This document shows, piece after piece, positions 13,201-27,400 of a DNA stretch of 64,000 nucleotides (position 1 is the first letter of the stretch; the number at the start of each line of letters is the position of its first letter). Under the pieces are notes generated by a model. It made no database searches. It was given only the letters and a program-made list of their open reading frames with translations, and was not told the origin of the DNA. Position numbers and translations under genes: made by a program. Location of the stretch: assembly GCA_013239625.1 (NCBI GenBank), contig MU054212.1, positions 2,604,001 through 2,668,000 on the forward strand. Reading direction: 5' to 3'. Source of the DNA: Lama guanicoe (taxonomy: Eukaryota).

Positions 13201-14597
13201 AATTATTTTAATTAAAAAAATGAAAAGAATAGTTGGTCCCTATGTTTTGAACAAAAAATTCCTATGAACACCTCAACTTCTTTCTCCGTAAACAGTAATT
13301 ATTTTCTATACACACACTGCTGCACACATTATTTTTTCTTCTTCGGATTTTATGATGTCATATTAAACCACGCTGCAGCAACATCCATTTTTGCACACAT
13401 CTTACCCTTCCTTAACTACAGTTTCTAAGAAGTGTGCTATCATTACTATAGTTGCTGGAAGAATCATCAATTTTCTTGCTCCCTTTCCTGGTAACCAAAC
13501 TATGTGGAGAAGCATCCGAACTTCCATCTAATCTAGCCTGACTGTATCTTGCTATTTTTTGAACATTTCATTGACATAATAAAAAAAACAAAATACTCCA
13601 TCATGGGTACTAAACAACCTTGGGGGTAAAAAAATGGAGCAAGTGTCAGTTTTGTGAAACTAAATTTACTGAAAATTTGTTCTATTAGCTTCCTTTGTTT
13701 CTGGTGTATTTTACCAGTATTATAGAAGATATCTGTATTAATATTTTAAGATTATAATATATTATTTCATCAAAAGTAGTGATCAACAGATCACATTAAA
13801 TAACTTCCTTTATCTGTGTGTACTTTAGTGATTTGTTTTTCATAAGCAAAATCTAGAAAATTTTATTGCAAATACATTAAATTCTATCGTGTACTCTTAA
13901 CCTCACCACATTTCATAATTGAAATAGCTTTAGGCTGGCAATAGGCCAAATGTTTTAACAGGCAATTAGCAGAACAGAGCGCCACTTATTGGTTTTTAGT
14001 TACTATTCACAAGAATACTTAAAAGAGAAACATGATAACAATTTCATTCTCTGAGATTGGTAATAAACTTTAATAAGACTTCACACTAAGAATACAGGAA
14101 TATAGCAGCACCTCCACTGAACATTCTAATAACAAAGTATGTTAAAATTACCTTTAATGCCAAAAACATTAAATCAAGGGAAATTCATACAAATTAATCT
14201 AACCTTCACAAGTGAAATGAACCACAGTATAAGTAGATGTTTTTTAAGGAGTGTACTTACAAAGATAAAACTACATTTTCTCAATTTTCTAGCCCTAACC
14301 AAATGTTTGGTTACTCCTTGAGTAGCTTAAAAAAAAAATCAAGAAATATAGAATCTCAAATAAATGGTCCAAAAGACATCAAAATGAATAAGCTTAAAAA
14401 GCTAAATAGAGCAATTTAACTTCTAAATGTAAAAGAAAATTATTTTAAGCTTGTTTCAAACAGTGTTCCTTTTCTATGGCTATAACTGTAACTCACTTTA
14501 ACCTTTATTTTTGTAAATCAGCTAACATTTTGAAAAGTGTTCAAATTTCAAAGGCTAATATGGCATGGTAGTCAAGAATGATATAAAACGTACTTAC

Positions 14598-14819
14598 CCT
14601 GGTTCGGCTGCATATTCATATTTGGTCTGGGGCCATAGTTTGCCATTGGCTGCCCTTGACTCATCGTCATCTGGTTCTGTACTGGCATGCTCTGTGATGA
14701 TGGCACGGAATGGTTGTAACCTCCCATGGATCCATGGCTACTTGAAGGCATGTTCATGGAACTGTTTGTCATATTGAGTTGATTGGGTCCAGGTCCCTGC
14801 ATAGGCATATGGTTAGGCC
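14598..14819 (-). CDS. SS18: SS18 coding exon 5 (GPNHMPMQGPGPNQ...NMQPNQ-G), 222 nt
   Basis: Overlaps ORF 14572..14808. Acceptor cttttcttcaaag|GG (AAG type), donor AGG|GTAAGT. Confidence 0.97.
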
Positions 14820-15064
14820 CTTTGAAGAAAAGTGATCAGAACCAAAATATGAAAGTTAAACAGATGATCTACACAAAATTACCTTAAAAAGCTTTTTTTT
14901 GTATTAATGTAATACTAACACCAAACAATAGCCTGAGTATTTAATCAGCAGCAAACAAAGTAAATGTTTTACATGAATGAAAGCAAATACTGTTATTTGC
15001 TAGACGTTATTATTCTCATTTTATAGATTAAGAAACTGACGCTTTTGAAAAGCTAGGAACATTC

Positions 15065-16333
15065 TGAAAAAAAAAAGTAATGAAAGAAGACTTGCTTTAT
15101 GAGAGACCAAAACATATAAAGTTGCAGTAATTAAAAGTGTATAGTACTAACACATAAATGAATTGATAAAACAGATCAACAAACCCAGAAGAGAGTCTAA
15201 AAACTCACACAAATGCATAATTTGGTAAATGACAATTAGTGGTGATATAAAGTATCAGTGGGCAAAAGAAAGATAATTCAATAAACGATGCTGTGACAAC
15301 TGAGCAGACATCCGGAAAAATACAGGTTGGATCCCTACCACTTTCCTTCTACCAAAACTAAGTCCAGATGAGCAGAAGAATTAAACATTACAAAAGAAGA
15401 AAGAAAAGGCAAAGGAACTATAAGAGTATTGCAAAACGGAAAATTTTAAAATTAATGTTGGAGTAGAAGGGCCTTCTTAAGTATGCCAGAACACCCAGCC
15501 ATAAAAGATCAATAAACTTAAAATCTTGAGGACATAAAAAGTACATTAAAAGAGTATGTAAAAAGAAAACATTTGCACATATCCAAACAAAACAAAATTA
15601 AATAATAAAAAAAAACTAGTAGAAAATTATTTACAAGAAATATCACAGACCAAACTAATCACTGAGCATACAAAGTAAGTAAAAGACCACCAGCAGTAAA
15701 AGGGCAAAGCACACGAATGATCGGTGCACACATAAACTACAAAAGGGGTAGCAAGCATGAGGAAATCGCTCGCTTCACTTAATATAATAAAAAGGCAAGC
15801 TGAAATTATAAGACCCATGTTTCATCTTTCAGATTTGCAAAGATCAGAAGTTTTGCTCCACTTATATTATGAAGAAAGAAGCACTTTCACATACTGTTGA
15901 GAGAACATAAATACATAAATAAGTACTATTTCTATGTAGACCCACTTGGCAATAACTAACATATTTAAAAATGCATATACCTTTAAACCAGCAATTTAAG
16001 TTCTAGGAATTTACCATATAAATATACAAGTTTTTGTGTGCATGTGTGTATGGATGCAAAATTATGTTTGTTTGTTTACTTATTTACTTATATTTTACAG
16101 GCATATTCACAACAGCATAGGTTTTAACACCAAAGGACTACAAATAACCTGTATTTCTATCATGAGAGAAAACTACCCAAATGAATTAGAGGTGTCCGTA
16201 AAAAAAGGCATGTAATGCAGTCACCGAAAAGGAGGCAGCTCTTTATATACTGAGTGGTCTCCAAATATATCTCTTTATACTCACAGTCTCCAAGATAAAT
16301 CTGTAAGAGGTAAAATATATATATATGTGTGTG

Positions 16334-16376
<43 letters not shown>

Positions 16377-16610
16377 ATCTAATGTTTGCTACCATTTGTG
16401 TTTTTTAAAAAAGAATAAGAAGAAAGAGAAAAGAATGTATATATACATATGTTTTATACAAAGAGAGTATCTCTTAAAGGATAACTAGACAACAATGACT
16501 GCCTGAAACAAAGTGCCTGGGTGGGTAGAGACCATACGCCTTTTTGTACCTTTTGACTTTGGTACTACAGGCATGTATTACCTAATCTTGTTTTCAATCA
16601 GTTAAATTGT
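15065..16610 (+). mobile_element. Highly diverged L1 (L1ME-like) ORF2/3' fragments
   Basis: A-rich L1 ORF2-like motifs, e.g. aaaatgcatatacctttaaaccagcaatt...ctaggaattta. Confidence 0.65.
16315..16372. repeat. (TA)n/(TG)n compound microsatellite
   Basis: Directly visible. Confidence 0.95.
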
Positions 16611-18357
16611 TTAAAAAGAGAACCTGAGATTGAGAGGATGTGACCAAGATCAAACAGCATGTAAATAGCACTACAACTTAGATTATAAAGTAAAATATTA
16701 AAAACAAAACTACAATAGGAAATTAAAAGCCTAGATACAAATCTGTATGCATAAAAGGGTTGGCTAAATGCTATAAGAAACTCACTACAGACAACATGAG
16801 TAACTGGACTTTCAATTTCTCCTACACCTAACTGTAAACTCTTTAACTAATAAACTGTTTTTGAAGCTCTGGACAACGTAGGTCATAAGGGGTTGAAAAT
16901 TTCTGAGTCATAAAGAATATAACTTATTCCAGATGGCCTTACACAAAAACCAGTATGTTAACAGTAATTATACTGATGCTCAATTGCTTCCTGAGCCTTA
17001 GGCTTCAATGTTACCCGGAGAAGTTGAGTCAAAATCCTAATCAAAGGTACCACCATAAAAAGACACAAAAACTCCTTTAATTTGCTAAGTTGCATTAGCA
17101 CAAACCTTCTGGTTTTAAAAACAATGTGTCCTGATGTGCTAAGTGTGGACTGAGCAAGAAGCTTCCTCCCGACTACAACCTGACAAGTAGTTATGTCTTT
17201 ACTTCCACCTCCACACGCGGGAAGCCTTGGCAGGAAACAGAAGACTGCCAGCGAAACACCACCGCCCTCTACGTGACCAATCACACATCAATCTGCTATC
17301 AACCAGGCTGCCTGGCCTCTTCTGCTCTGTGCTCTTTTGCTCCATTTTGTCCACCCGTTGCCCCTGGACACCGATGCTACCAATCAGCTAAGATCATACT
17401 ACCCTAAGTATACTAACTGCTAATTTTAAAAATAAACTGTTCTATTATTTTAATTTACTGTCATTACTGTTATTTGTATAATATTTTCTTTTTAAAATGA
17501 GTATAGCCTTTGTCTTTAGAAAGTAAAAATATTTTTATATTAAATGTAGAAAATGCCCCACCAAAAATCATGGGTATGGGTTGTGGCTGTTGCTATAAAA
17601 ACAAAATAGTTTAAAGATACTTTTCAGATTGAAGATTCAAACCAGCAAAAGGTAACTAAATAAGCATCCAATGGTCTGAAATATATTTTCAGTGGCTCTA
17701 AACTTAAAATGGATAAATAGTAAAGGGAATGGTTCATTATATAAGAAAGCTAATACTTTTCAGCTTTTAACTTTACTTCAGTAGCAATATCTCTATTTAT
17801 ATCATGCTATTTATGTTATCTGTATTTATATTATGCTATCTATGTATTCATCAAAATCCATGCTCAGTTTCAATGACATCAATGAGGAAATAATAAATCC
17901 ATTAGCACTTAAGAGATTGTTTTGTTTCTCCCTCATGTGTTTTTTCCAGGAACACTGTTTCTGAAATCAATAAATTTCTAAGTAAATACAAAACTCAGGG
18001 AAATGTTATAATACATTTTTATAAACAGATTTTAATTCTTAAGCCATGGCACAATGCCTTTTTTCCCCCCAAAAAGCTACTAAAGCCAGCTGTATTGCAT
18101 AGTTTCAGACGGACTAAATTTAGCCAGTTCTGTTCATCAGAGGAATGCTGTGTGTCAGCTACATCAAAGCCCAAGGGCAGCCTGATAAACACTGAATACA
18201 GGTCACGTAGCTCTGTAGCTAACAAACTCTAAGAGAGCCTGGACTCGGGGGCATTCAAAGCAGTTTTGTCATCAACAATCTAGTATCCCTTGAGCCCCCA
18301 TGTCGTTTCAGTTGCTAAGCAACTCTGGTGTTAATGTCTTAGAGGAGAAAAACTTAC

Positions 18358-18511
18358 CAGGCATCTGGCCGTTCATCTGGTTCTGCATGTGTGGTGCAGG
18401 AGGACCCCCACCTACCATTCCATCTGAAGGCATGTTGTGCGAGCGTGGAGGTGGGGGAGGGCCGCTCTGATTCATCCCTCCAGGACCCATAGGCATATTC
18501 TGTGTGGGTGG
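18358..18511 (-). CDS. SS18: SS18 coding exon 4 (PPTQNMPMGPGG...MNGQMP-G), 154 nt
   Basis: Overlaps ORF 18308..18496. Acceptor tcttctttcag|CCA, donor CTG|GTAAGT. Confidence 0.98.
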
Positions 18512-20569
18512 CTGAAAGAAGACAGTTTAGTAAAACAAGAAAAACAGTTAGACTAATACATTAAAGATGCATATGGTATAAGGGTTGCCTATATTACTCA
18601 ATTGAACAGGAACAAAAACACAAATGCATTTCAACTTATTCTAATGCATTTTAATCATGAACTATTAACATCATATTTAATACACTCCCAAAAACTTCAC
18701 AAGAACATTAGCATGAATATATCATCTGATCACCTTAGACACTGCAATTAAAGCGTATTTTACTCTACAGTGAAAATTAAAATTTTTAACATTCTAAACA
18801 AAAAGAATTCTTATTTATTTACATATAAGGATTTCTAAGGTACCCATTATTGTTACTTAAATTATGTTTTAAAAATTAAATCTTCATTATTAATATGTTT
18901 GGATATATTTACTATTACTGACAGATCTCACCTGAAAAGATACAGTTACAAAAACCTACATGAAGACCAGAAGATTCAAAACATAATGTATTTTATACTG
19001 TTGAAGCGGGGGGGGAGTAGTTTTGGAGGGGGAATATTTTAAACCATGAAGACTCAGCTCAGCGCAACATTTTTGTGCCGACTACTCCTATAGATCGGAA
19101 ACATTACTGATGGCCTCCAAGGGTACAGAGACAGCTGCCTCAAAAGGATGCCTTTGGCAAATTTCCTAATGAAAGTGTGAAGACTCTCACTGACTAACCT
19201 TGAGAGTTCACAAAAGGGCGAAAGGAAAAACACAGATACGAGGTGCTCTGAAACACCTGACCCTTCTCGGGGCTATTTGGGTGGAGAAAGCAAATAATTT
19301 CTTTCTAAACCCCTATTTTTAAGCCTGCAGAAGGATAGGGAAATACTGTTCTCTGCAGATCTATTTCTGCCTTCGTTCTCTACTTGTCTACGTTCTAAAT
19401 ATAATGTCCATTCCTATAACTTCAGTTATATAACTCCCTTCCTCCCACAAGTTTACTGGGTCTGTACCACCCGCAGTTTGTGAACACAGTCCTTCCTGGC
19501 ACACTTTTTAACAGATACACATTGTTCTCTGGCCATCACATGTAAACACTCAAATCTCCAACCATCTAATAACCACTAACATTACAAAAATAGTCAAGTG
19601 CTACTCTAATAGTACCCACGTCAAATTCATAATCTGAATTTCTTCACTACTAAATCCAAACAATAATTGCTTCTCATTAAATATTTTCTCTTCAATTCTC
19701 ATCTTAAATTCTTTACCCAATTTGCATTCTTTAAACACTTCATGACCTTTGTTCCATTTTCAAAAAAATTACCAAACATCAACTCAGTGTCACATATCTC
19801 ACTTTTAAATCATCCCTTATCATCCTTCAAACATGGCTAACTCGAGCCTCTTGTTTGAAAATAAAATCCCTTTCTCCTATATTCTTGTCCAAATTTTGTT
19901 GACAATTCATGTTCTCACTCTCAACAGGTATCAGTTTTTCATTTGCTTGTGATTTAATTCATAAAACATCAATATTCGCAGTTCCCCTCATAATAGAGTA
20001 GCATGTATCAAACTAACCCTCTTGTTAATAAGTGATAAAATCGAGACCAATGTAGAAAATATTTGAAGGCACTGAAGAGTACGGCACACAGAGAGGCACA
20101 GGAGGGGCTACAACTCTTGCAAGAAGGGAAACATGGAAGATCAGCTCCACAGTCAGCTTGGCTTCTCCGTGGCTCTGCTGTATGACAGGAAAACAAAGCC
20201 CAAGGAGAAAGCGGCAGTCCTACTGGACGGAGAGAAGCAGAGCTCCTGGCTACCAGGGAGCTGGGAACTAAAGCCTGAAGTCCCAAAGTGGAAGACACAC
20301 AGAGAGGGGAAAATTCGAGAAAACCAACAGAAAACAGCAGGTAGGAGGCCAAAGGGCTGAGCAGAGAGAGATTTCAGCTTCCGCCCAGTTCAAGGGAGAC
20401 AGAGGCAGGAGTGTTGGCCCCACAAAGTCAGAAGGGCCTCCATAACAACTCAGTCCCTCTACTGAGACTTCAAAAAAGCCTCTCCGTGGATCAAGGTCAA
20501 AATTGAAATAGATGAGTCCTAACAAGTCTACAAAGACTCAATTAAAAGTTACAAGGCATCCTTAAAAAT

Positions 20570-21035
20570 AGGAATAAATGGCCAACACCCATTAGGATGG
20601 CTATATTAGTTTTAAAAAAATATAGAAAGTAACAAGTGTTGGCAAGAATGTGAAGAAAATATCTCTCATACAAGCTGATGGGACTGTAAAAGGGTGCAGC
20701 TGTTGTGGAGAACAATTTGGCAGTTTCTTATAAAGTTAAACAGAGTTACCATATGACCTAGCAATTCCACTCTTGGGATAGACCCAAGAGAACTGAAGAC
20801 ATACAAAACTTGTACATGAATTCACAGCAGCACTATTCATAACAGCCAAAAAGTAGAAAACACCTAAATGATGAACGGATAAACAAAATGCGCTAAATAT
20901 CCACACAGTGGAATACTATTCAGCCACAAAATGGAATGATAATACATGCTGACAGATACATACTACAACATGGATGAATCTTCAAAACACTATGCTAAGT
21001 GAAGAAGTCAGACTCCAAAAGTCACACACTATACG
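20570..21035 (+). mobile_element. L1 (L1MB-like) 3' fragment
   Basis: accatatgacctagcaattccactcttggg...ggaatactattcagccac...catggatgaatctt. Confidence 0.85.
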
Positions 21036-24000
21036 AGACTTTTTTAACTTAAAACTCATAATGAATTAACTGAAAAGCAAGATAAGCAACTCCAATTAAC
21101 CATCAGTCTTCTTTTAAAATTAAGACATGCTTATACACTCAATATTAGTGAATGGCAACACTACCAGTCGAGTCTCCAAATTCTTTCCCTCATCCCTCAT
21201 ATGTATTCAGTAATTGAACCCTGCTAATCTTCTTTCAAATACTCCTGAATCTGACTCCCCTTTCCATTTATATGCTCCAGTTGTGTACTACCTTCATCTT
21301 CCTCACCATCAGTATTTACTGAGTACCTCCTACATGCTGGACACTGTGGATTGTTTTATTGAATCCTCATTATAACGTTACAGAATAAGTATTACCTTCC
21401 TCATATTGTAAAAATGATCATGGTATGCAACAGGAAATGAAATTGCTACTATAGAAATAGGAATCATATTTTTCTAAACTTTTGCATATCCTCAAACATT
21501 ACTGGATACTATTTTAAAAGCATGGAAATGTAAGATCCCCAATTCCTAGCTACACAATAGAACCACCTGAAAAGCTCCCAAAATGTGCAGCCAAGGTAAA
21601 GACACACTAGACTATGTGATTATCCAGGTTCTTTCAGCTCTAAAACTTTTGATTCTGTAGAAATATATCTAGGCTGTATGCCTTAAAATGACCTACCACA
21701 GTAGAAAAACTATTTTCTCCCTAAGTTTTTTTCCCAAAGGAAAATTAACAGATGAAACTTTTCTTGACTTAAACTGTTCTCCCATAATTCTTTTCTACTT
21801 CATAATACTGGCAGATGAAAAAAATAAATTAATAATAACTAACACTTGGTCAAAACTTAGAAATGTAATTTCTTCAAAGTATGTTTGTAGGAAGGATTTA
21901 TAGACACACAATGCAGTCATATTTTCTACTGGTAAAATTATTCCTAATTCATATGATGAAAATAATTATGTTAATAGTTTACATTACTTCAGAAAGTAAA
22001 CATCAGCTCTGAAAACCAATATTCCAATGATGCCTCCAACATTTACCAAGAAAGACAGGGCCTTATATACCTACATAAATGGAGCCAGAGCAGTATACAT
22101 TCTGCATCATGTCAGCTTTGTATAAATATGTGGTCTCTCTCCAGGACCCCTTAGCTGTCAGGTGACACTGCCTGTAAGGATGCCTCCCTATGCTCTGTCA
22201 GTTCTGATTTTTGATTGGTTGCTACTTGCTATGGGCTTAAAATTGAAAAAGCAGACTTGTTAAAATATGTGTAAGATTAAGAATAAATAGTTTCTGTTAC
22301 AAACTTACAATGCTTCCGGGATAAGAATACCCAAGCCCCAAACTAAGAAGTACAATGACTAAGTGTTAATATGCTGGCTTTAGAAGTTATTTTTCTCGTT
22401 TTAGGTCTTTTCCTATTTATGTCTGGTTTTTTAATTCCTGGGTTTCTTCCAAATAGGAGAAGCTTGCTAGATCTAGCCTCATTCCAGATACAGCAAATAT
22501 TACTAACATACATAATTCCTATTTTGGGGAGATACAAAAAACCTGAAAGTTGAACTTACATGTAATTATGGGCACATTTCCAATTCCCACAACCAGTTAA
22601 ATAAAACGAAAAACTCCATTCTGGAAAACTTCAGTAGAATCACACTAAAACATATAGTTCTTTTTTAGGGTCAAAATTTCTCCAACTACAGTTAGTAACT
22701 AGTATATTGTCCCTTCTGGCAGATTGCTTGTATTCATTATGTGTTCTGCTGTTTTAGTTTTTCCACATTCATCTCTCTTCCTGTTTCACCTCCAATCCAA
22801 TTGCTTCCCCTCTAGCTGATTTTTCCCCCTCTCCAGCCCTGCTTTTATTTATTAATTCAACCCTCTGCTGTTCCCCTACTATGAGAATCTATTTATTTCT
22901 GGTCTTTCTAAAACCCCTTCTCCTGTTAACTTAAACTTCCCAAGCAACTTAACCCTCAAAATACCCATTTTTTAAAATGAAAATTTGACCATGTATTTTA
23001 AATAATACTTTGACCAATATTAAGAGGGAAAATTTTTATTTCAAAATATACTAATGGCAATGTTTATATTCTTTAGTAAAACATGATGTAGAATGGTGAC
23101 TCCGTGTGAAATGAATCTGAAATAATGGTAGGTTTGTAATGAAATGTGTCTCTTTCCTTTTTTGGTGGGAGGATAATATAATACTGTCCCTGAATATAAA
23201 CAGTAATCATTTTTACTCTCCTGTTTGATCTATAGGGAAAATTTTAAATTCTATTTAAAAATACAAAAAATTCAGTAAGAGTTTGTAACTTAGCAATAGG
23301 TGAGAATGGATTAGTAAATTCTGAGCTAGAAATTTTGCAGTACCGTAATGAATTTCTATGGTAAGTTTATTTTACCACATTGGTTTCTCAAGAATTACTA
23401 CCTTCCTGAGGACAGGCAAGAGAAATGAGAAAATAAATCTCAAGATACATGGTATAACCCAACATTTTTGTGTTCTTCATAAAAGCTAGAGAGAACATGG
23501 GACACTTTTAAGAAGTTGTAATGTTTACGACTTTAAGGCATTTTCATATTTTATAAAGACAATACTTCAAGACAAAATGACAAAACCCAGAATTGCACAG
23601 TATCTTAAGTTACGTAGCGAATTTCAATTGGCTGGGTAGAAGGGATACGGAAGGGGTAACAGAATCACCTGAGAACGCTTGGCAAACTATCCCTACTCCC
23701 CCACCACCCACGAGATTCTGGTAAGACTTTCTGGAGGGAAATTTCCCCCCTCCACACTCAATGCCCTGACTTGAGAATCGCTGTCATAGTGCATTACTGT
23801 TACTGATGAGAACGTGTTCAGAATGTGTCACATCTGTCAGATGTACCAGAACAACAACAAAAAGGATCACTGAGTTATAGGCCACCATGGTGATAATAAG
23901 CTGAATTCTTAACCTGCCTCTTAAACCTATTACTATACTCCCCAAACAATCAGCAGACCCATTCATTTAACTTTTTTTTTTTAACTTAACACCTAAGTAC

Positions 24001-24479
24001 AGGAATAATGCCAGACAAGAGAGAAACAAAAATGATTAAGGCATTCATTTCCACAACACAATACAACAATCAAATTATTGCACGCTATAAAATTTTGATT
24101 CAAGCTCTAGGAAAATCTAACCAAGTCTCACCCTGATACACAAACGTAAGAGCAAATGATCAGACTTTTATTTCCATTCCATCCAAGTAGCAACATGACT
24201 GTTTTCAGGCCTGGGTTCAAATCCCATGCTACCACTTACCAACTACAAGTCTCTCGACACATTCATTAATTAATTGGATTTAGTTTCAGAATGGGACAAA
24301 TATCTTAAAAGATTCTGGGGATGAAATAAAACACTGAAAGGACCCAATACTCAGTAGTCCTTCCACAAGTGTTTGTTCTCTTTCCAATGAAACAATCATA
24401 TCTGAGAAGCCATAAAAATAACTGGTATTCTTTGGATAGCTAAACAGAATTCAATTTTAATAGTTAAAAGAATCACATA

Positions 24480-27400
24480 AGGTAATGGCAGATTAGGTCA
24501 TTCAGGCCTCCACTGCAGACAACAGAAAAAACTGGACAAAGTACTTTAAAAATATGGTTAAAGATATGGAAGAGCAGGCAAAGTAGTAAAAAATGAACAG
24601 ACCAAGATTCAGGAGAAGAAAAAAATCCAGAGACATGGGCTCAGACTCAGGGGCTACATTGGCTGTGGGCATGTTATTTCCCAAAACTGATAAAGTCATC
24701 AATCCAGAATGCAAAAATCTCAACAAACACCAAGCAGGATAAATAAATAAAAGAAATGCACACCTAGAGATCATAAACTGCAAAAAAAAAACTTCAAACA
24801 AACAAACAAAAAAAACAACAACAAAAAAACTCCAGACAAAGCAAAAAATCTTCAACACAGTCAAAGAAAATAATCAAATTGCCTTCAAAATAGCATTTAT
24901 ACTGACAACTCAATTTTCAAAGATACAAGCCAGAAAACAGAGAATGATGAACTTAATATGCTCATGTCCCAACCTGAAATTTGTCCCTGGTAAAAACATC
25001 TTTTAAGAATGATAGTGAAAAAAGGGTATTTACAGATCAAAAACTAACAAAAAAAGGCCTTAAGGTATCTGTCACCACCAAACCAATGCTAAAATACTGA
25101 AATATGTTCTTCAGGGAGGAAAAAAGCATCCCCGGGTGAAGGGAGGAATGAAAAGCATCAAAAATGGTAACAATGATAACTCTAATGAATACTAACTTTA
25201 AAAAAAGTTAACTATCACTTGTGAAGAAACACCTACAGATTTAAAATGCGTAACAGCAATAGATAAGTTATTGAAGGAATGAATGGAAATAAAGTATCTA
25301 AGAGTCCTTGAATTATAAACTATATCATAACCTCTAAATTATTACTTTCAAACTAGCAAAGAAAAAAGGGAATAAAAAAATTAATTATAAAGACAAAGAA
25401 CAGAAAAAAAGGGAATATATGACAGATGAGACAAACACAAAGTGCATCATTATATGATGGCAGGTTTAAACTCAGATATATGAGTGACTATACTCAATAT
25501 AAATGGAATTTAATGTTTCAATTAAATAACAAAGATTGCTAGAATTGGATTGTTTTTTTATCTACATGCTGTTCCTAAGACACATATCTCTAACACAAGG
25601 AAATGGAAAAATAGATACACCATGAAAATTCTAAAGAAAGCTGACTGAGCTACACAAATACACATTTGTAAAAGTTGACCATAAGCTGGACTGTAAAACA
25701 AATCTCAAAGAACTCCCAAGAACTGAAATCATACAAAGTGTTACCTAACCACAATGCAATGAAGTCAGAAATCATTAAGAAAACAATAAATTCCCCTGTG
25801 TTCGGAAACTAAGAAATATATTTATCAGCCCACGTAAAAAAAGAAGAAGTAACAATGGAAATTAGGAAATATTTAAATAAATATGAATATACTAGATATT
25901 CGTCACTAAGAGGGAAATTTATGCCCTTAAATGCACATATTAATATGGAAGGATGAAAATTGATGAAGCAGGTATTCATCTCAAAACTCAGAAAAAGAAC
26001 AGCAAAATACACCAAAAGAAAGTAAAAGGAAGTAACAAAGATAAGATCAGAAATTCATCATAGCCAAAAACATACAAAAGAGCAATGGTTCAAAGTGTGA
26101 GTCTCAAGATTCTTTTAGGGAATCCGAAAGGTCAAAATTATTTCCATAAAAATACTAAGATATGTTTGCCTTTCATGCTATGTTGATATTTACAATATCA
26201 TGGTGCAAAAGCAAAAGCGGATATAACTGATGGACCCTTAGCATGAACCAAGGTATTGCTCTGCTGTAACTCACTGTATCAATGACTGCCACTGACCAGC
26301 AGTTAAAGAAAGGAAAAGTCATTTTCACTTAAGAATGTCCCTGATGAAGCAATAAAAATGATTCATTTATTAAATTCTCCAAGTCAGTTAAGTATTGTAT
26401 GTGATAAAATGATAAAATAATAAACATATCTGCTGCAAATCAAAGTCAAATAAAAACTGTGATTGAGCTGCTTGCAGATTCAGGCACTGTTTTCATGGAA
26501 CACCAATCTTACTTGAAAGAACTATTTCTAGATAAATTATACTTCTCCAGGCTTGGGGACTTGGCAGGCATTTTCTCAAAACTGAACATAGTGAGCCTGG
26601 AAGACAACTGACAGCATTTGTTGCCAATGATCAAATTTGACTTTTCAAGGAAGAACTGGGAATTTGGCAAACCTGTATCTACTGTCCTGAGCTTGACAGC
26701 ATCCCAATACATAAAAGAGACTTTTCTGATTAGCCTGGGGTGATTTCAAAAAATGTGGTTTTTGGTATCATATAATGAAATATGTCAATATTTGGAAAAT
26801 ATGAATAACTAAGTAAACTTACATGTTCTCAATGATGAAAGCATGATGTTATGAAATCATGCATGAGTAGAAGATCCACCCAAAATGCAAGACAGAACAA
26901 TGTACTCTAATGTACCAGAGTAAGAAACACGTATTGCTATAATTGCTGCGACTAATCCTTAAAAAAACACTTACTGAGATCTGCTGTTCTACCAAAGATT
27001 ATCTACAAGCTGAAAAGGCTATTAAAATATTCTTCCCTTTTCACACTCCATGTCTGTATGGGACTGGATTTTCTTCTACTTCAAGCAACACATATTATGC
27101 TAGATTAAATTCAGAAGTGGATATGAGAATACAGATGTTTTCTACTAAGCCAGACATTTAAAAGAAATTTGCAAGATCATTAAACAATGCCATTCATATC
27201 TCACTAAATTTGTTCTCAAAGATATACTTTTCCTTTTTCTTTAAAGAATGTTATTTATATTAACATAAAATAGGTTTATTATTGTTCATTTTAAATGAAC
27301 TAATATTAGCGTAATAAATACCATAAAAAATTAATATATCAATATGTATCTATAACCCACATAAAGCTCCTCAGAATACCCAATAATGTTTAAGTGTACT

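Noticed and set aside
20008..20525. GC-richer block with three overlapping ORFs in SS18 intron 3
   Set aside because: It looks like an old L1 5' region next to an L1 3' fragment. No coding signal or recognisable domain.
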